This document shows positions 39,934-50,109 of a stretch of 64,000 nucleotides of DNA, one piece after another (position 1 is the stretch's first letter; each line of letters starts with the position of its first letter). Source of the stretch: Candidatus Hydrogenedentota bacterium (GTDB lineage Bacteria; Hydrogenedentota; Hydrogenedentia; Hydrogenedentales; SLHB01); contig CAVUWV010000010.1 of NCBI GenBank assembly GCA_963745075.1, positions 288,001 through 352,000 on the forward strand, in the 5' to 3' direction. Both the position numbers and the translations under genes were made by a program. Under the pieces are notes generated by a model. That model saw only the letters and a list, made by a program, of their open reading frames with translations. It did not search any database and had not been told where the DNA came from.

Positions 39934-40521
39934 TTACTTCTTCACCACGTCTTTGGCGCGTTCGACGATCCGGGAAACGATCCCGTATTTCACCGCTTCC
40001 TCGGCGGACATCCAGTAGTTGCGGTCACTGTCTTTCACGACTTTCGCCACGTCCTGTCCCGTTTCCTTGGCGATGAGTTCGTTGAGCCGCTGCCGAATGC
40101 GCATGATTTCCTGGGCTTCGATACGGATGTCCTGGAGATGGCCGCCCGCCCCGCCGCTGGGCTGGTGGAGAAGAAACCGCGTGTTCGGCAGGCACACGCG
40201 ATGGCTCTTGTCCGGCGCGCCCAACATAATCGGCACCGCAATACTCGCCACCCAGCCTGCGCCAATGGTATAAATCGGCGATTCCACGTAGCGAAGGACA
40301 TCGTGAATGGCGTATCCGGAATCCACGTGTCCGCCTTGCGACGTGATGATGACGCGGATGGGGTCCTTGTTCTCGTTGTCCAACACCACCAGTTGCGAGA
40401 TCACGCGTTCCGCCATTTCCTGGTCGACCTGGCCGGAAAGCACAATCGTGCGCGTTTTGAGCAGATAACCGGTCATTCCGTCTTTTTTCTGCTCGTCATC
40501 GTTCTTTTCGGGGCATTCCAT
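39934..40521 (-). CDS. clpP: ATP-dependent Clp protease proteolytic subunit
   Basis: ITSQGG, VASIA (Ser), LLHQP (His), DRNYWMSAEEA. Confidence 0.9.
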   Translation of the reverse strand: MECPEKNDDEQKKDGMTGYLLKTRTIVLSGQVDQEMAERVISQLVVLDNENKDPIRVIITSQGGHVDSGYAIHDVLRYVESPIYTIGAGWVASIAVPIMLGAPDKSHRVCLPNTRFLLHQPSGGAGGHLQDIRIEAQEIMRIRQRLNELIAKETGQDVAKVVKDSDRNYWMSAEEAVKYGIVSRIVERAKDVVKK

Positions 40522-40723
40522 TCCTGAACCTCGCTTTCCGGATACACGTGGAGGGGTTTTCCAATGCAGACATGCACGCCTTCATGCAACGGCGAATATT
40601 GTGCCATCCGCCCCCAAAACAGTTCAACCGAAGGCCCGAAGCCGCTTAGCGCCGCCCCATTTCATGGCCTTGGGTGCCGTGTCCACAATTGAGGCAGTCC
40701 AATTGTGAATAAAGATGTTAATT

Positions 40724-40773
40724 GTGGTGCAGGCTTCCAGCCTGCGAAGCGGGCAGGCTGGAAGCCTGCACCA
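40724..40773. repeat. REP doublet GTGGTGCAGGCTTCCAGCCTGC / GCAGGCTGGAAGCCTGCACCAC
   Basis: Perfect inverted pair. Confidence 0.8.
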
Positions 40774-40781
40774 CAACCAAA

Positions 40782-41804
40782 CTACCCCGACAGCAGCGCG
40801 AGGCAGCTTTCGTACGCCATTTCCGGCGTGATGGCGTGAAGCCGCTTGCGGGCTGTGGCCAGATCGCAGGGACCCGCCTGGCCGTCCGTAAGCGCTCGGT
40901 GGGGTTGCTGATAGGGTGCATGCTGCCTCGGATCGGTGCCGCCGAACAGCGCGACTACCGGCGTCCCCATCGCCCACGCAATGTGCATGGGTCCCGTATC
41001 GCCACCCACGTACAGGTCGGCCCGGTACAACATCCAGGCCAGGTGCTTGAGGTCGGGCGTTTCGGGCCCCACCATGGGCAGGCGCTGCGTCTTCCCCAGG
41101 ATTTCCCGCACCACCTCCAGTTGTCCCGGGCCCCACGTCAGCACCACTTCAAAACGCCCGTCAGCCAGCAGCCGATCGGAAAGCCGCGCAAAATGTTCGA
41201 GGGGCCACTGTTTTTCCGGGCGTTCCACCGGCGCGTGCAATGCGATCACCCGTTTGCCGCCGTCAAACGTCGCCTCGAAATAATCGTCCACCGTCCGCTG
41301 CACGTCAAACGGCACGCAGACAATAGGGTGCGGCCAGGCGCAACCGGGAACCAGGGTCTGGCAGAGGCGATGGTTTTCATCGCACCGGTTCAAAAGCTCC
41401 TTCGGCAACGGAACCTTGCGATTGGTAAATAGGAAACTGCCTTCCTGGCTGCGAGGCCGCGCAAACCCGATCCGGTCTTTCGCCCCAGCATACCGGGTCA
41501 GGAGACCGCTCTTTAGAATGCCGTGGAAATCCAGCACGATGTCGTAATGGTTGTCCCGAATCGAACGGCATAAACCCATGAACTCGCGCACCGCGTCGAT
41601 GAGACGCTCTGGGCGTTGAAAAATCAGGACCCCGTCGAGCGATGGATGGCCCTGGATAACCTCAACCGACTTGCGCTCGATCACCCAGTCGAGATGAGCC
41701 TCGGGATAAGCGTCGCGGAGAATTTGCAGGGCAGGGAGCACGCGCACGACATCGCCGATCGCACTCAGCCGGACGATAAGAATCCGCGGCGAACCTCCGA
41801 CCAT
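40782..41804 (-). CDS. GT9 family LPS heptosyltransferase-like glycosyltransferase
   Basis: RILIVRLSAIGDVV, KQWP, GGDTGPMHIA, LFGGT. Confidence 0.9.
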   Translation of the reverse strand: MVGGSPRILIVRLSAIGDVVRVLPALQILRDAYPEAHLDWVIERKSVEVIQGHPSLDGVLIFQRPERLIDAVREFMGLCRSIRDNHYDIVLDFHGILKSGLLTRYAGAKDRIGFARPRSQEGSFLFTNRKVPLPKELLNRCDENHRLCQTLVPGCAWPHPIVCVPFDVQRTVDDYFEATFDGGKRVIALHAPVERPEKQWPLEHFARLSDRLLADGRFEVVLTWGPGQLEVVREILGKTQRLPMVGPETPDLKHLAWMLYRADLYVGGDTGPMHIAWAMGTPVVALFGGTDPRQHAPYQQPHRALTDGQAGPCDLATARKRLHAITPEMAYESCLALLSG

Positions 41805-41897
41805 GAGTGTGCCCTGAACCTCCTCGTTCCGGTTGCGCGCGTCCACGCCGGCGGGGGATAACTCGGAAAGCGAAGACGCCGTAAACTTGAAGAAATA

Positions 41898-41989
41898 TGG
41901 CGGAGAGGGCGGGATTCGAACCCGCGGAACCCCGTTAAGAGTTCACACGCTTTCCAAGCGTGCGCCTTCAACCACTCGGCCACCTCTCC
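41898..41989 (-). tRNA. tRNA-Ser (GGA)
   Basis: GGAGAGGTGGCCGAGTGGTTGAAGGCGCACGCTTGGAAAGCGTG..GGTTCGAATCCCGCCCTCTCCGCCA; long variable arm, CCA encoded. Confidence 0.97.
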
Positions 41990-42252
41990 CCCGAATGCCC
42001 GGCAGGGATTTCCTGGAGCAAACTCGGAATTCTAGTCCGCGCATGACGAAGAAGTCAATGCTCCGACGCCAAGGACGGCTGCCCAGCGTCGTTTTGATCG
42101 CGAGGGATTCCGAGATGTATGACGCTCCCAGTCTGGCTACGACACACCGTCGCGCGATTGCCCCGCAAATTCTAGGCGAGTGGCGCCAGCGTTTTGCGTG
42201 GCGTAAGATAGGACGATTCGCAGTAGCAATACCGACCAGCGGGAGCATTGCC

Positions 42253-44768
42253 ATGAACACGCCAACCCACCTCCAATCCTTCCGTATAACGCTCGTGTGC
42301 ATAGGGTTACTTGTCTTGACCGGAGGCCTCGCCTTCGCCGGCGAGGTGTCGCTGCTCCCGCCTGGGGAGGTCCCCGCAGGGGCTTGGCGCTATTCGGAGG
42401 GCGCAGAGTTCCCCGGCGCGGCAGGCTCCATCCAGACGAACCAGGACGGCAGCCTCGAACTCCACTACGACTTCACGGGCGGCGGCAACTATGTGGGCGT
42501 GTATTGCAATCTGACCCCGTCGCGCTCCATTGCGCGGGTGTCGTTTCGCATGAAGAAACCGGTCGACGCCGAGATATCCATTCGCGTGACGGACAGCACG
42601 GACCAGACGTTTCAAAAGGGGGTCCTGTACTCGAATAACGAATGGCAGCGGTTGTCCTTCGACCTGCAGACTGGTCGGCCCATTGGGGCGGACCTGACGA
42701 CGGGGCGGTACGGCAACCGATCAAATCGATTGCGATTCTCGTCGAGAACCAACACCTGAGTTCGTCGCGCGGAAGCCTGACCATCGCCAACGTCGTCGCG
42801 GAGACGACGAGCGGCGAAGCCATCGTCTCGCAAGACGGGCCCCATACCGGCGCGTACCAAGTCACCGACTTCGGAAACGACGCGGGTTTCGGTGCGTCGG
42901 GCCGATTGAACGACAGTATGTGGTCCGTGGACTTCAGCAAAACGGCTTCCGCGTCGTTGTCAAATTCCATGTCGCTTTTCGGCCATCCCGAGGAATTGAG
43001 CCTGCATGTCCAGGGGGGTCTGCCGGGAAGCACCTTGACGATCTACCTGGGTTCCCACTTCCAGACCTTTAGCAGACAACTCGGCGTGCTGGACGGCGGC
43101 GATCAAACCTTTACGGTGCCGACGCCGCCTGAGGGGTGGGAATACAGCGGCGGCGAAAACGACGGCAAAGTGCGGTATCCCTTGCGGGTGGCGCGGCTCC
43201 AGTGGGACCGCGCGAACAGCGCCGCGGAGCTGTCCAACCTGCAACTCGTCGAGCTGCGCTGCAAAACCGAAGTGACTCCCGGCCGCGTGGTGACCGTCCT
43301 CGCGTCGATGGCTGGCGACAACCCGAAAGCCCTCACCGCAACCTGCCGCGCATGGAACCTCCTCGACCACGACATCACCGGGACGCTCGAAACCACGGTC
43401 CGCGATTGGCAGGGGAATGTGATGCAGGTTCAGAAGACGTTCTGGACGCTCCTCGCCAACGGTACGCCGACGAACGAAAGCATCCCGGTGTTCGTACCGG
43501 ACAAACTGAATTTCGCCGACGTGGAGTTTCATTTCACGGCGGGCGCCTCCGTCGACGTCGCGGCCCATACGACGTACACGCGCCCCCTCGCGGATGCGGG
43601 CGAAACGACGCTGCAACCGGAATCGCCCTGGGGCATGGGCGTCTATCTCTATCGGTACGGCGACAACGCACAGATGGATCAGGCGGCCGCAATGGCTCAG
43701 GCCGCGGGCGTGAAATGGTCGCGTGAAGAGTTCAGTTGGGCCCGCACGGAACCGCAGCGAGGCGAATACGACTTCCACTTCTACGACACGGTGGTCGATA
43801 CGGCACATCGCCATGGCATCAGCGTCTACGGACTCCTGTCCTACTGGTCGTCGTGGACGAAGCCGTATACGGAAGAAGGCATCGACGATTTCTGCACGTG
43901 GGCGAAGGAAGTCGTCAAACGGTACAAAGGCCGCATCAAACACTGGGAAGTGTACAACGAACCCAACATCTTCTTCTGGCAAGGCCCGAAGGAGTTGTAC
44001 CCGGTTCTCCTGACACGGTGCTACGAAGCGATCAAGTCCGTTGACCCGGATGCCGACGTGCTGGGGATGTCTACCGCCGGCATCGACACGAAGTTTATCC
44101 AGGCCGGCCTCGATGCGGGTGCGCCCTTCGACATCCTCACGATTCACCCGTACCGCGCGGTTATGGCCGAACCGGGCTTCATGAAAGAGCTGCGCGAGGT
44201 CGCCCGGCAAGTGAACAACCGGCCGGTGTGGATCACCGAGATGGGTTGGTCGACGCAAATCAACGGCGGCAAGGACGAACTGACCCAGGCCCAACTCCTC
44301 GCGCGCAGTTATCTCGCCGCCATCGCCTCGGGCGCCTGCCAGAATATCAGTTGGTACGATTTTCGCAACGACGGCACCGACCCCTTCTATAACGAAGCCA
44401 ACTTCGGCGTGCTCCGCGCAGACATGACGCCCAAACCCGCCTATCGCGCGCTCGCCACCGTCTGCCGCACGCTCGACTCCGGCGCGCCGGAGTCGGTCGA
44501 GTCCTTTGGCGACGACGTCATCGGTCTACAGATGGGCGACACGACGGCATTGTGGTCGCCGTTCAAGGAGATCATCCTCCACGTCAAACCCCAAGGCGAT
44601 AGGTTGCAGATCAAGAACCTCATGGGCGAAGCGCTGACGCCCAAAAAGGAAGGCGAGACTATCGTGCTTCACCTGCAGCCCGGCGCACCGATCTTCTTGA
44701 CCGGCCCCGCCGTGAAGCGGTCCGGCAAACCCCAAGTCGTAGAAGCGGAGGACGTGTTGCAGTTCTGA
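42253..44768 (+). CDS. Secreted clan GH-A glycoside hydrolase (GH39/GH5-like), frameshift near 42665
   Basis: Signal peptide; WEVYNEPN (acid/base) and WITEMGW (nucleophile). Confidence 0.8.
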
Positions 44769-44883
44769 ACGTTCTTACCTGCGCGATTATCGCTCGTCGT
44801 AATCGTAATCGAAAAACGCATAACCCAGCGATCGACCAGAAATTTCGACTACGATCACGATCGCGAAGAATCTCAAGCAAAAC

Positions 44884-44916
44884 CGCCCCGGCCGAGTCTT
44901 CCCCAGCCGGGGCGGA
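44884..44916. terminator. GC-rich hairpin between convergent genes
   Basis: CCGCCCCGGC..GCCGGGGCGG, followed by a T-tract on the minus strand. Confidence 0.55.
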
Positions 44917-44937
44917 TCGACTTCCACTCCTGCGCGA

Positions 44938-45999
44938 TTACGGACGCGCTTCCAGAATCAGGTTAAACGGCGTTTCCGTCGCGCGCCGGAACGACCGGAA
45001 CCCGCCGGTAACTGCCACCTTACGAATGCGGCCTTCTCCCGCCTGTGCGCCGAGGGCCATCTTCACTTCCTGGCTTAACGACGTGGGCGTGCACACTGCC
45101 GTCGAGAACCCATAGTACACCCGGCCCACCGGGTTCAGGTTGTCCTCGAGGTTGTCTTCCGCGTACGGCTCGACCAGCATCCACGTGCCGTCCGGCTTCA
45201 AGGTCTCGCGGATGTGCGAGGCCGCACCGACCGGATCGCCCATGTCGTGCAGGCAGTCGAACGTCGTGACCAAGTCGTAGTTCTGACCGGGGAAATCCTT
45301 CGCAGCCGCCACTTCAAACCGGATGTTCGTGATGCCGTTCTTCTTCGCCGCGTCCCGCGCGCAACGAATCGATTCTTCGTGCGAGTCGAACCCGACGAAG
45401 GTCGAATTCGGGTAGGCTTCCGCCATGATCATCGTAGACAACCCATGGCCGCAGCCCACGTCCGCAACGAATGCGCCCGCCTCGAGCTTCCCGGTCACGC
45501 CTTCCAGCGCCGGCAACCATTCCGAGACCAAGTGTGCCTGATAGCCCGGACGGAAGAACTTCGCGGTGCCGCAGAATAAGCATCCGTCATGGTCGCCCCA
45601 CCCGATGCCTTCGCCGGTGCGGAAGACGCCCGTCAACCGCGGCTCGTCCTTGTACACCGCCGCCGCCGAGTAGAATCCGCCCGTCATCAGAAAGGGACTT
45701 TCATCGCTGGCGAAGATCATCGTCTGCTCGGGCGTCATGTAAAACTGTTTCGTGGCCGGGTCGTACTCGACGTAGCCCGACGCCGCCTGGGCCGACAGCC
45801 ACTCCCGAACGTACCGCTCGTTGGTCCCCGTTTGATCGGCCAAGTCCTCCGGCGTGAGGGGGCCGTTCGCGCTAATCGCTCGATAAAGCCCCAGTTTGTC
45901 GCCCGTGATTACGAGCGCGCCGTTGACGACCGCGCCCAAATCTCCCACCGTTTTGACCACCATTTCATGCAGTTTCTCTTCATTCATTACCGTAGCCAT
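44938..45999 (-). CDS. wHTH-fused SAM methyltransferase (Rv2258c-like)
   Basis: GDKLGLY..ERYVREWL, ADVGCGHG, FDCLHDMGDP, ALGAQAGE. Confidence 0.9.
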   Translation of the reverse strand: MATVMNEEKLHEMVVKTVGDLGAVVNGALVITGDKLGLYRAISANGPLTPEDLADQTGTNERYVREWLSAQAASGYVEYDPATKQFYMTPEQTMIFASDESPFLMTGGFYSAAAVYKDEPRLTGVFRTGEGIGWGDHDGCLFCGTAKFFRPGYQAHLVSEWLPALEGVTGKLEAGAFVADVGCGHGLSTMIMAEAYPNSTFVGFDSHEESIRCARDAAKKNGITNIRFEVAAAKDFPGQNYDLVTTFDCLHDMGDPVGAASHIRETLKPDGTWMLVEPYAEDNLEDNLNPVGRVYYGFSTAVCTPTSLSQEVKMALGAQAGEGRIRKVAVTGGFRSFRRATETPFNLILEARP

Positions 46000-46055
46000 G
46001 GTGCTTTCCTCCCAGGACTGGTTGGTACTGCTCCCTTGCATTTAGACCGATAAGT

Positions 46056-46075
46056 TAAACCGGCTGGCCGGTTTA
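46056..46075. promoter_or_regulatory. Putative TetR operator TAAACC-N8-GGTTTA
   Basis: Same motif at 46698-46717. Confidence 0.7.
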
Positions 46076-46102
46076 ACGCCTTGCCAAATAAGGTTCCCGC
46101 CG

Positions 46103-46687
46103 CTAAACAGCGACCAGGGATTCGAGGTACTGCCGAAACCACCGCTGACTCTTGCGGATCCGTTCGGGGTCGCTATGCGCGCGCCCCATCACAATGCTCC
46201 CCTCCAGAATGGCCAGATACGTCTCCGCCAATTCCGCTGCCGTCGGGTGGCCGCCGTCCTCATTCGCAAACGGCGCCAGCAGGGGGGCGATCGCGCCGGC
46301 CAACCCATTGAAAATCTCACTCACGCGCTCTTGTAAACGCGGATTGGTCCGGGCTGCGCCCACGGCGAAGTTGCCAAATAGGCACCCCGTCCGTTGCAGT
46401 TGATCCGCCTTGGCCTCCATGTAGTCGAGGTAACCGAAGGCCCGCTCCACCGGGTCCGGGAGCTTCATGAACTCTGCCCCCCGGATATCCTCCACGGAAA
46501 ATCGGTAGTAAGTGGAGATGGCCGCCAGACCCAAATCCTCCTTCGACTCGAAGAAGTGGTAGAAGCTGCCCTTGCTCACCCCGGCCTTCTCGCAAATCTC
46601 GTCGACAGTCGTGACCATGTAGTCCTTATCCGCCATGATCGCGAGGGCCGCGTCGAGGAGTTTATCTTTTGCCGTGATTCGTGCCAT
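46103..46687 (-). CDS. TetR/AcrR (NemR-like) regulator
   Basis: TTVDEICEKAGVSKGSFYHFFESKEDL, GCLFGN. Confidence 0.95.
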   Translation of the reverse strand: MARITAKDKLLDAALAIMADKDYMVTTVDEICEKAGVSKGSFYHFFESKEDLGLAAISTYYRFSVEDIRGAEFMKLPDPVERAFGYLDYMEAKADQLQRTGCLFGNFAVGAARTNPRLQERVSEIFNGLAGAIAPLLAPFANEDGGHPTAAELAETYLAILEGSIVMGRAHSDPERIRKSQRWFRQYLESLVAV

Positions 46688-46693
46688 GCTCCG

Positions 46694-46722
46694 ATTCTAA
46701 ACCAACTAGTCGGTTTAGTCAA
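46694..46722 (-). promoter_or_regulatory. Sigma70 promoter TTGACT-17-TAGAAT overlapped by the TetR operator
   Basis: Minus strand: -35 at 46722-46717, -10 at 46699-46694, ATG 6 nt later. Confidence 0.75.
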
Positions 46723-46815
46723 GTGGTTTTTTCGAAATTCTTTCGCAATTCAAGCATAAGATGTCATAATACGGCACTTTACGGATTGAAAAATGGCCGG
46801 ACAACCAGCCGGCTT

Positions 46816-47496
46816 TCACCAGATTCCGGGGACCAGCCGGTATCGAACCCGCGCCGCGTAATCCCGGTAGCCGTCCAATTCGCACTGCAGCAGCTTGTCT
46901 TCCCAGGCCGTGCGAGCGACCAGCCCGGCGACGAAGACACTCGCCGGAATCAAGGCATACGCGGATCCCAACATGCACGGGATGGCGAGAAACATGACGC
47001 TCACCCCGACATACATGGGATGGCGCACGTAGGCGTACGGCCCCGTCGAAATAACGCGGTGACCCCGGTCAGATTGGATTCGAACGGTCTTGACCAGGAA
47101 CGGGTTGGCCGCCATGGCCCAGACCATCACGGCGTCGCCCAGCACGTGAACGACGACCGCGAGTCCCAGCACCCACACCGGGATCGTGGAGAGCCCGTAT
47201 CGCTCCGCGTCCAACCCTGCCACCACGGGAAGGGCGAGAACCGCCGGCGCGATGACGAGAACCATCAACAGCAGGTCAAACCGCGACGCGAATCGTTGTC
47301 GCTTCATCCGCTGCCGGATAATTTCGGGATTGACCCGCCGGAGAACGGCAAAATTGACGGCAAACGTGAGAATCCAGACCGCCAGGTGAAGCCACGCCCG
47401 GGGCCAATCCAGCGTGCCGGCCGGCCAGAATAGAAGGGTCCCCCATATCCCAAGGCTGGCGAGAGATTGTATGACCGCAGCCGCCACGGTCTTCAT
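46816..47496 (-). CDS. ICMT/PEMT family membrane methyltransferase
   Basis: GHRVISTGPYAYVRHPMY, EDKLL..LDGY..RYRLVPGIW. Confidence 0.9.
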   Translation of the reverse strand: MKTVAAAVIQSLASLGIWGTLLFWPAGTLDWPRAWLHLAVWILTFAVNFAVLRRVNPEIIRQRMKRQRFASRFDLLLMVLVIAPAVLALPVVAGLDAERYGLSTIPVWVLGLAVVVHVLGDAVMVWAMAANPFLVKTVRIQSDRGHRVISTGPYAYVRHPMYVGVSVMFLAIPCMLGSAYALIPASVFVAGLVARTAWEDKLLQCELDGYRDYAARVRYRLVPGIW

Positions 47497-47550
47497 GGAC
47501 AGCCCACCATCGCCTTGCAATTGCGTCTCCGCCAATCCGCCCGACCTTCC

Positions 47551-47940
47551 TCAGAAGAAAAACCCCATGTGCGTAAACACCCACGTCGCCGCTACGACAG
47601 TCGCCGCAATCGCGCACGCGCCGTAAACCGCAATCCCGCGCCGCCACCCTCGCGCCCGCCACAACGCGGGTCGAATTCCCAGAGCGAGCAACGGCCACAG
47701 CAATGCGCCCGTCAACAGCACCCAAAACGGTATCAGTCGCGGCGTCAATTCGCCGCCGTCGAAGAACAGGTGGTCGACCCACACCGCCGCATAGAGCGGC
47801 ACCGCCCGCAACGCCATATCCACCGCCAGCAACGGCGTCAAACCGGGAACGAACAGGGCCACGTACGTAAGACAGGGCAGCGTGAGGAATGCGAACAGAA
47901 AGAGCAGAATGATACGTGCCCGGAGACTGGTCCGGTTCAT
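47551..47940 (-). CDS. Small membrane protein
   Basis: Several hydrophobic segments, GGAGG RBS. Confidence 0.65.
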   Translation of the reverse strand: MNRTSLRARIILLFLFAFLTLPCLTYVALFVPGLTPLLAVDMALRAVPLYAAVWVDHLFFDGGELTPRLIPFWVLLTGALLWPLLALGIRPALWRARGWRRGIAVYGACAIAATVVAATWVFTHMGFFF

Positions 47941-48118
47941 GGCAATCCCTCCTTCATGCCCGAAGTGCCGTTGGCTCTTACGCTACCACGATGCACGCAA
48001 ATCGGCAAGAAACACAGGGCGCTCCCAGCGGGGTCAAAAAATGAACCTTGGCGCATCCGAAACGTTATGGTATTAAGGCAAACTGGAAAGCAGCACGACG
48101 AACGCTATGGAGCCGTAT

Positions 48119-48772
48119 ATGCATCGACGCACATTCCTGGGACTCGCATCCATAGCCCTCTTGCACGGCTGTGGACGGGACAAAGCGTATGGCAAGCCGA
48201 GTGATCTTCCGGCCAATCACGACGAAACCGCCCCCCACACCATACGGGATCTCATCCGCGAGTCCGGCTATTACGGTCGCGACGCCAACAGCATCATTGG
48301 TCTGGTCGCGCTGGACTACGACGAGAACTTTGGCCCCGTGAATCGCCCCTTCCGCATGGCACTTGTGATTGATCCCGATGACGGAGAGCGTATCGACAAC
48401 TTCTTTGACGGCATTCCCGTGAAACCCGGCGAGCACCCCATCGTGGGGGACGGCAATACGTGGTTTCGCGTACCGCGCCTGGATTCCGCGAACATCAAGT
48501 TCAGCAAGAGCGTGCGGCTCTTCTCCGACCACTTCCCCGACTGGCTCGACCGGGACTTCCAACTAACATTCAAAGAGTTCAAAGGACACGCCTATTACCT
48601 CGAGAACGTACCCAAGGGACTGGCGTTCATCTGGTTCCAAACCGGTTTCGATGGCAACCGCGTGACCCAGTTCCCATTGGCCGTTCGCTTGGACCCAAAC
48701 CCCAAAGCACTTACGCGCCTGGATCTCCACATCCGAAACACCCGCGAGGAAATCCCGTTCCATACGCTGTAA
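48119..48772 (+). CDS. Tat lipoprotein of unknown function
   Basis: HRRTFL twin-arginine motif and LLHGC lipobox. Confidence 0.7.
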   Translation: MHRRTFLGLASIALLHGCGRDKAYGKPSDLPANHDETAPHTIRDLIRESGYYGRDANSIIGLVALDYDENFGPVNRPFRMALVIDPDDGERIDNFFDGIPVKPGEHPIVGDGNTWFRVPRLDSANIKFSKSVRLFSDHFPDWLDRDFQLTFKEFKGHAYYLENVPKGLAFIWFQTGFDGNRVTQFPLAVRLDPNPKALTRLDLHIRNTREEIPFHTL

Positions 48773-48895
48773 GTAGGACGGGAATGGTTCCCGTCCAGTC
48801 CGTTCTGATTGACGTTATGCTTCGCCATCAACCATCGCCCTTCGGAGAGATTGAGTCTTACTGACCTCGCGGGACGGGAACCATTCCCGTCTTAC
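48773..48895. repeat. GTAG-type REP doublet (family D)
   Basis: GTAGGACGGGAATGGTTCCCGTCC ... GGACGGGAACCATTCCCGTCTTAC. Confidence 0.8.
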
Positions 48896-49935
48896 CGAAA
48901 CCGAATCGAGTACACCGCACATCCGTAGACGCACAAACCGGCAATCCCACCGACCAACCAGTTCACGAGAAGAAAGACAACGGCAAGGGAGCCAAGTATC
49001 AGTTCGGAGCAGACAGCAGTCAACGCATACGTGACCGTGAACACGAGGGCCAACCAGCCGTTGGTTAAATCTACCGTGGTACCCGGCGATTCGGGCCGAT
49101 AAAACGCGCGACAACGAATGAGCGCCGCGGCAAGCAGTGCGTACAATACGGCGATGACCACATTCCCGGTCATGCCGGGCAGCGACTCGGGCCGTATAAC
49201 TCTTCCGGTGAAAAGGTACAGCACGATCAGGAGCATGATGCACACGACAAGGCCTTTGGTACCCGGCAAGAGCGACGCCATCGTGTACCGCGTACCGGTC
49301 CCGCGCGTCCGCCACAGCCAAATCAGAAGCAGAAGCAACAGACCGTTACTCACGATGGAGAAAACCGCAGTTCCAAGGCCCGTCGGACTCCCGCTCGTGA
49401 GCAGTCCGCAACCCACCGCAAATCCGACTACCCAGCGCAACAGCCGTTTACCCGACGTCAACGCGGCGCGAACGCGCGCGGGCAACACGTCAAGCACGCT
49501 TCGCGAACCGGTCAGCAGCGTTTCGGCAACCAGCAGCGGCACGAAGAAGGCCATAAGCGGATGCCACCACAGGACCAGTAGTACGACGTGCGCCCAGGCG
49601 ACGCCACCCAACGACAACGCGACCTCCTGGCCCCACGGTGGGTCGAAGAGCACTTTCGTAATGTAGGCTTCGTAAAGTCCGAAAAGCGCCCCGGCAAAAC
49701 ACAGCCCCTGCCACGTCAACATACGGAACCGTACGAGGATCGTCGTGAGCACGAGAATATGCAGCGTGTACAACGGCGTTGTGATTAGAATCCCCCAGGG
49801 AGAAAAAAAGGGATAGGGAGAAGACCCCACGACCACTTCCGCGAATGCCGTCGAAAGCATGCCCAACAGCAGCCAGAATCCCACCTTCAAAGGTCGCGGC
49901 GGATCTGATCCCTTCGCAGTTACGGTAGCTTCCAT
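48892..49935 (-). CDS. Polytopic membrane protein
   Basis: About 10 hydrophobic segments, GALFGLYEAYITKV. Confidence 0.75.
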   Translation of the reverse strand: MEATVTAKGSDPPRPLKVGFWLLLGMLSTAFAEVVVGSSPYPFFSPWGILITTPLYTLHILVLTTILVRFRMLTWQGLCFAGALFGLYEAYITKVLFDPPWGQEVALSLGGVAWAHVVLLVLWWHPLMAFFVPLLVAETLLTGSRSVLDVLPARVRAALTSGKRLLRWVVGFAVGCGLLTSGSPTGLGTAVFSIVSNGLLLLLLIWLWRTRGTGTRYTMASLLPGTKGLVVCIMLLIVLYLFTGRVIRPESLPGMTGNVVIAVLYALLAAALIRCRAFYRPESPGTTVDLTNGWLALVFTVTYALTAVCSELILGSLAVVFLLVNWLVGGIAGLCVYGCAVYSIRFR

Positions 49936-50109
49936 CCGGCATCCCCCCATCGTGTTCGTCGTAATGGTCAAGACACCACAATGGGAAGAACGGTTACACG
50001 GGCGGCCTGCGGTGTACGCGCACGGTCGCCGACCGCGCGAACGGGTTCTCGGCCGTTTAACGGGCAGGGGAGAGAGATGCCGCGCTCGGCGAGCACGGCA
50101 CTACTTGAA

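Noticed and set aside
39101..39992. clpP 3' duplication as a DGR template/variable repeat
   Set aside because: Mismatches are not confined to adenines, the repeat is short, and there is no reverse transcriptase in the window.
41898..41989. tRNA-Ser as a genomic-island attachment site
   Set aside because: I saw no duplicated tRNA 3' end and no integrase in the window.
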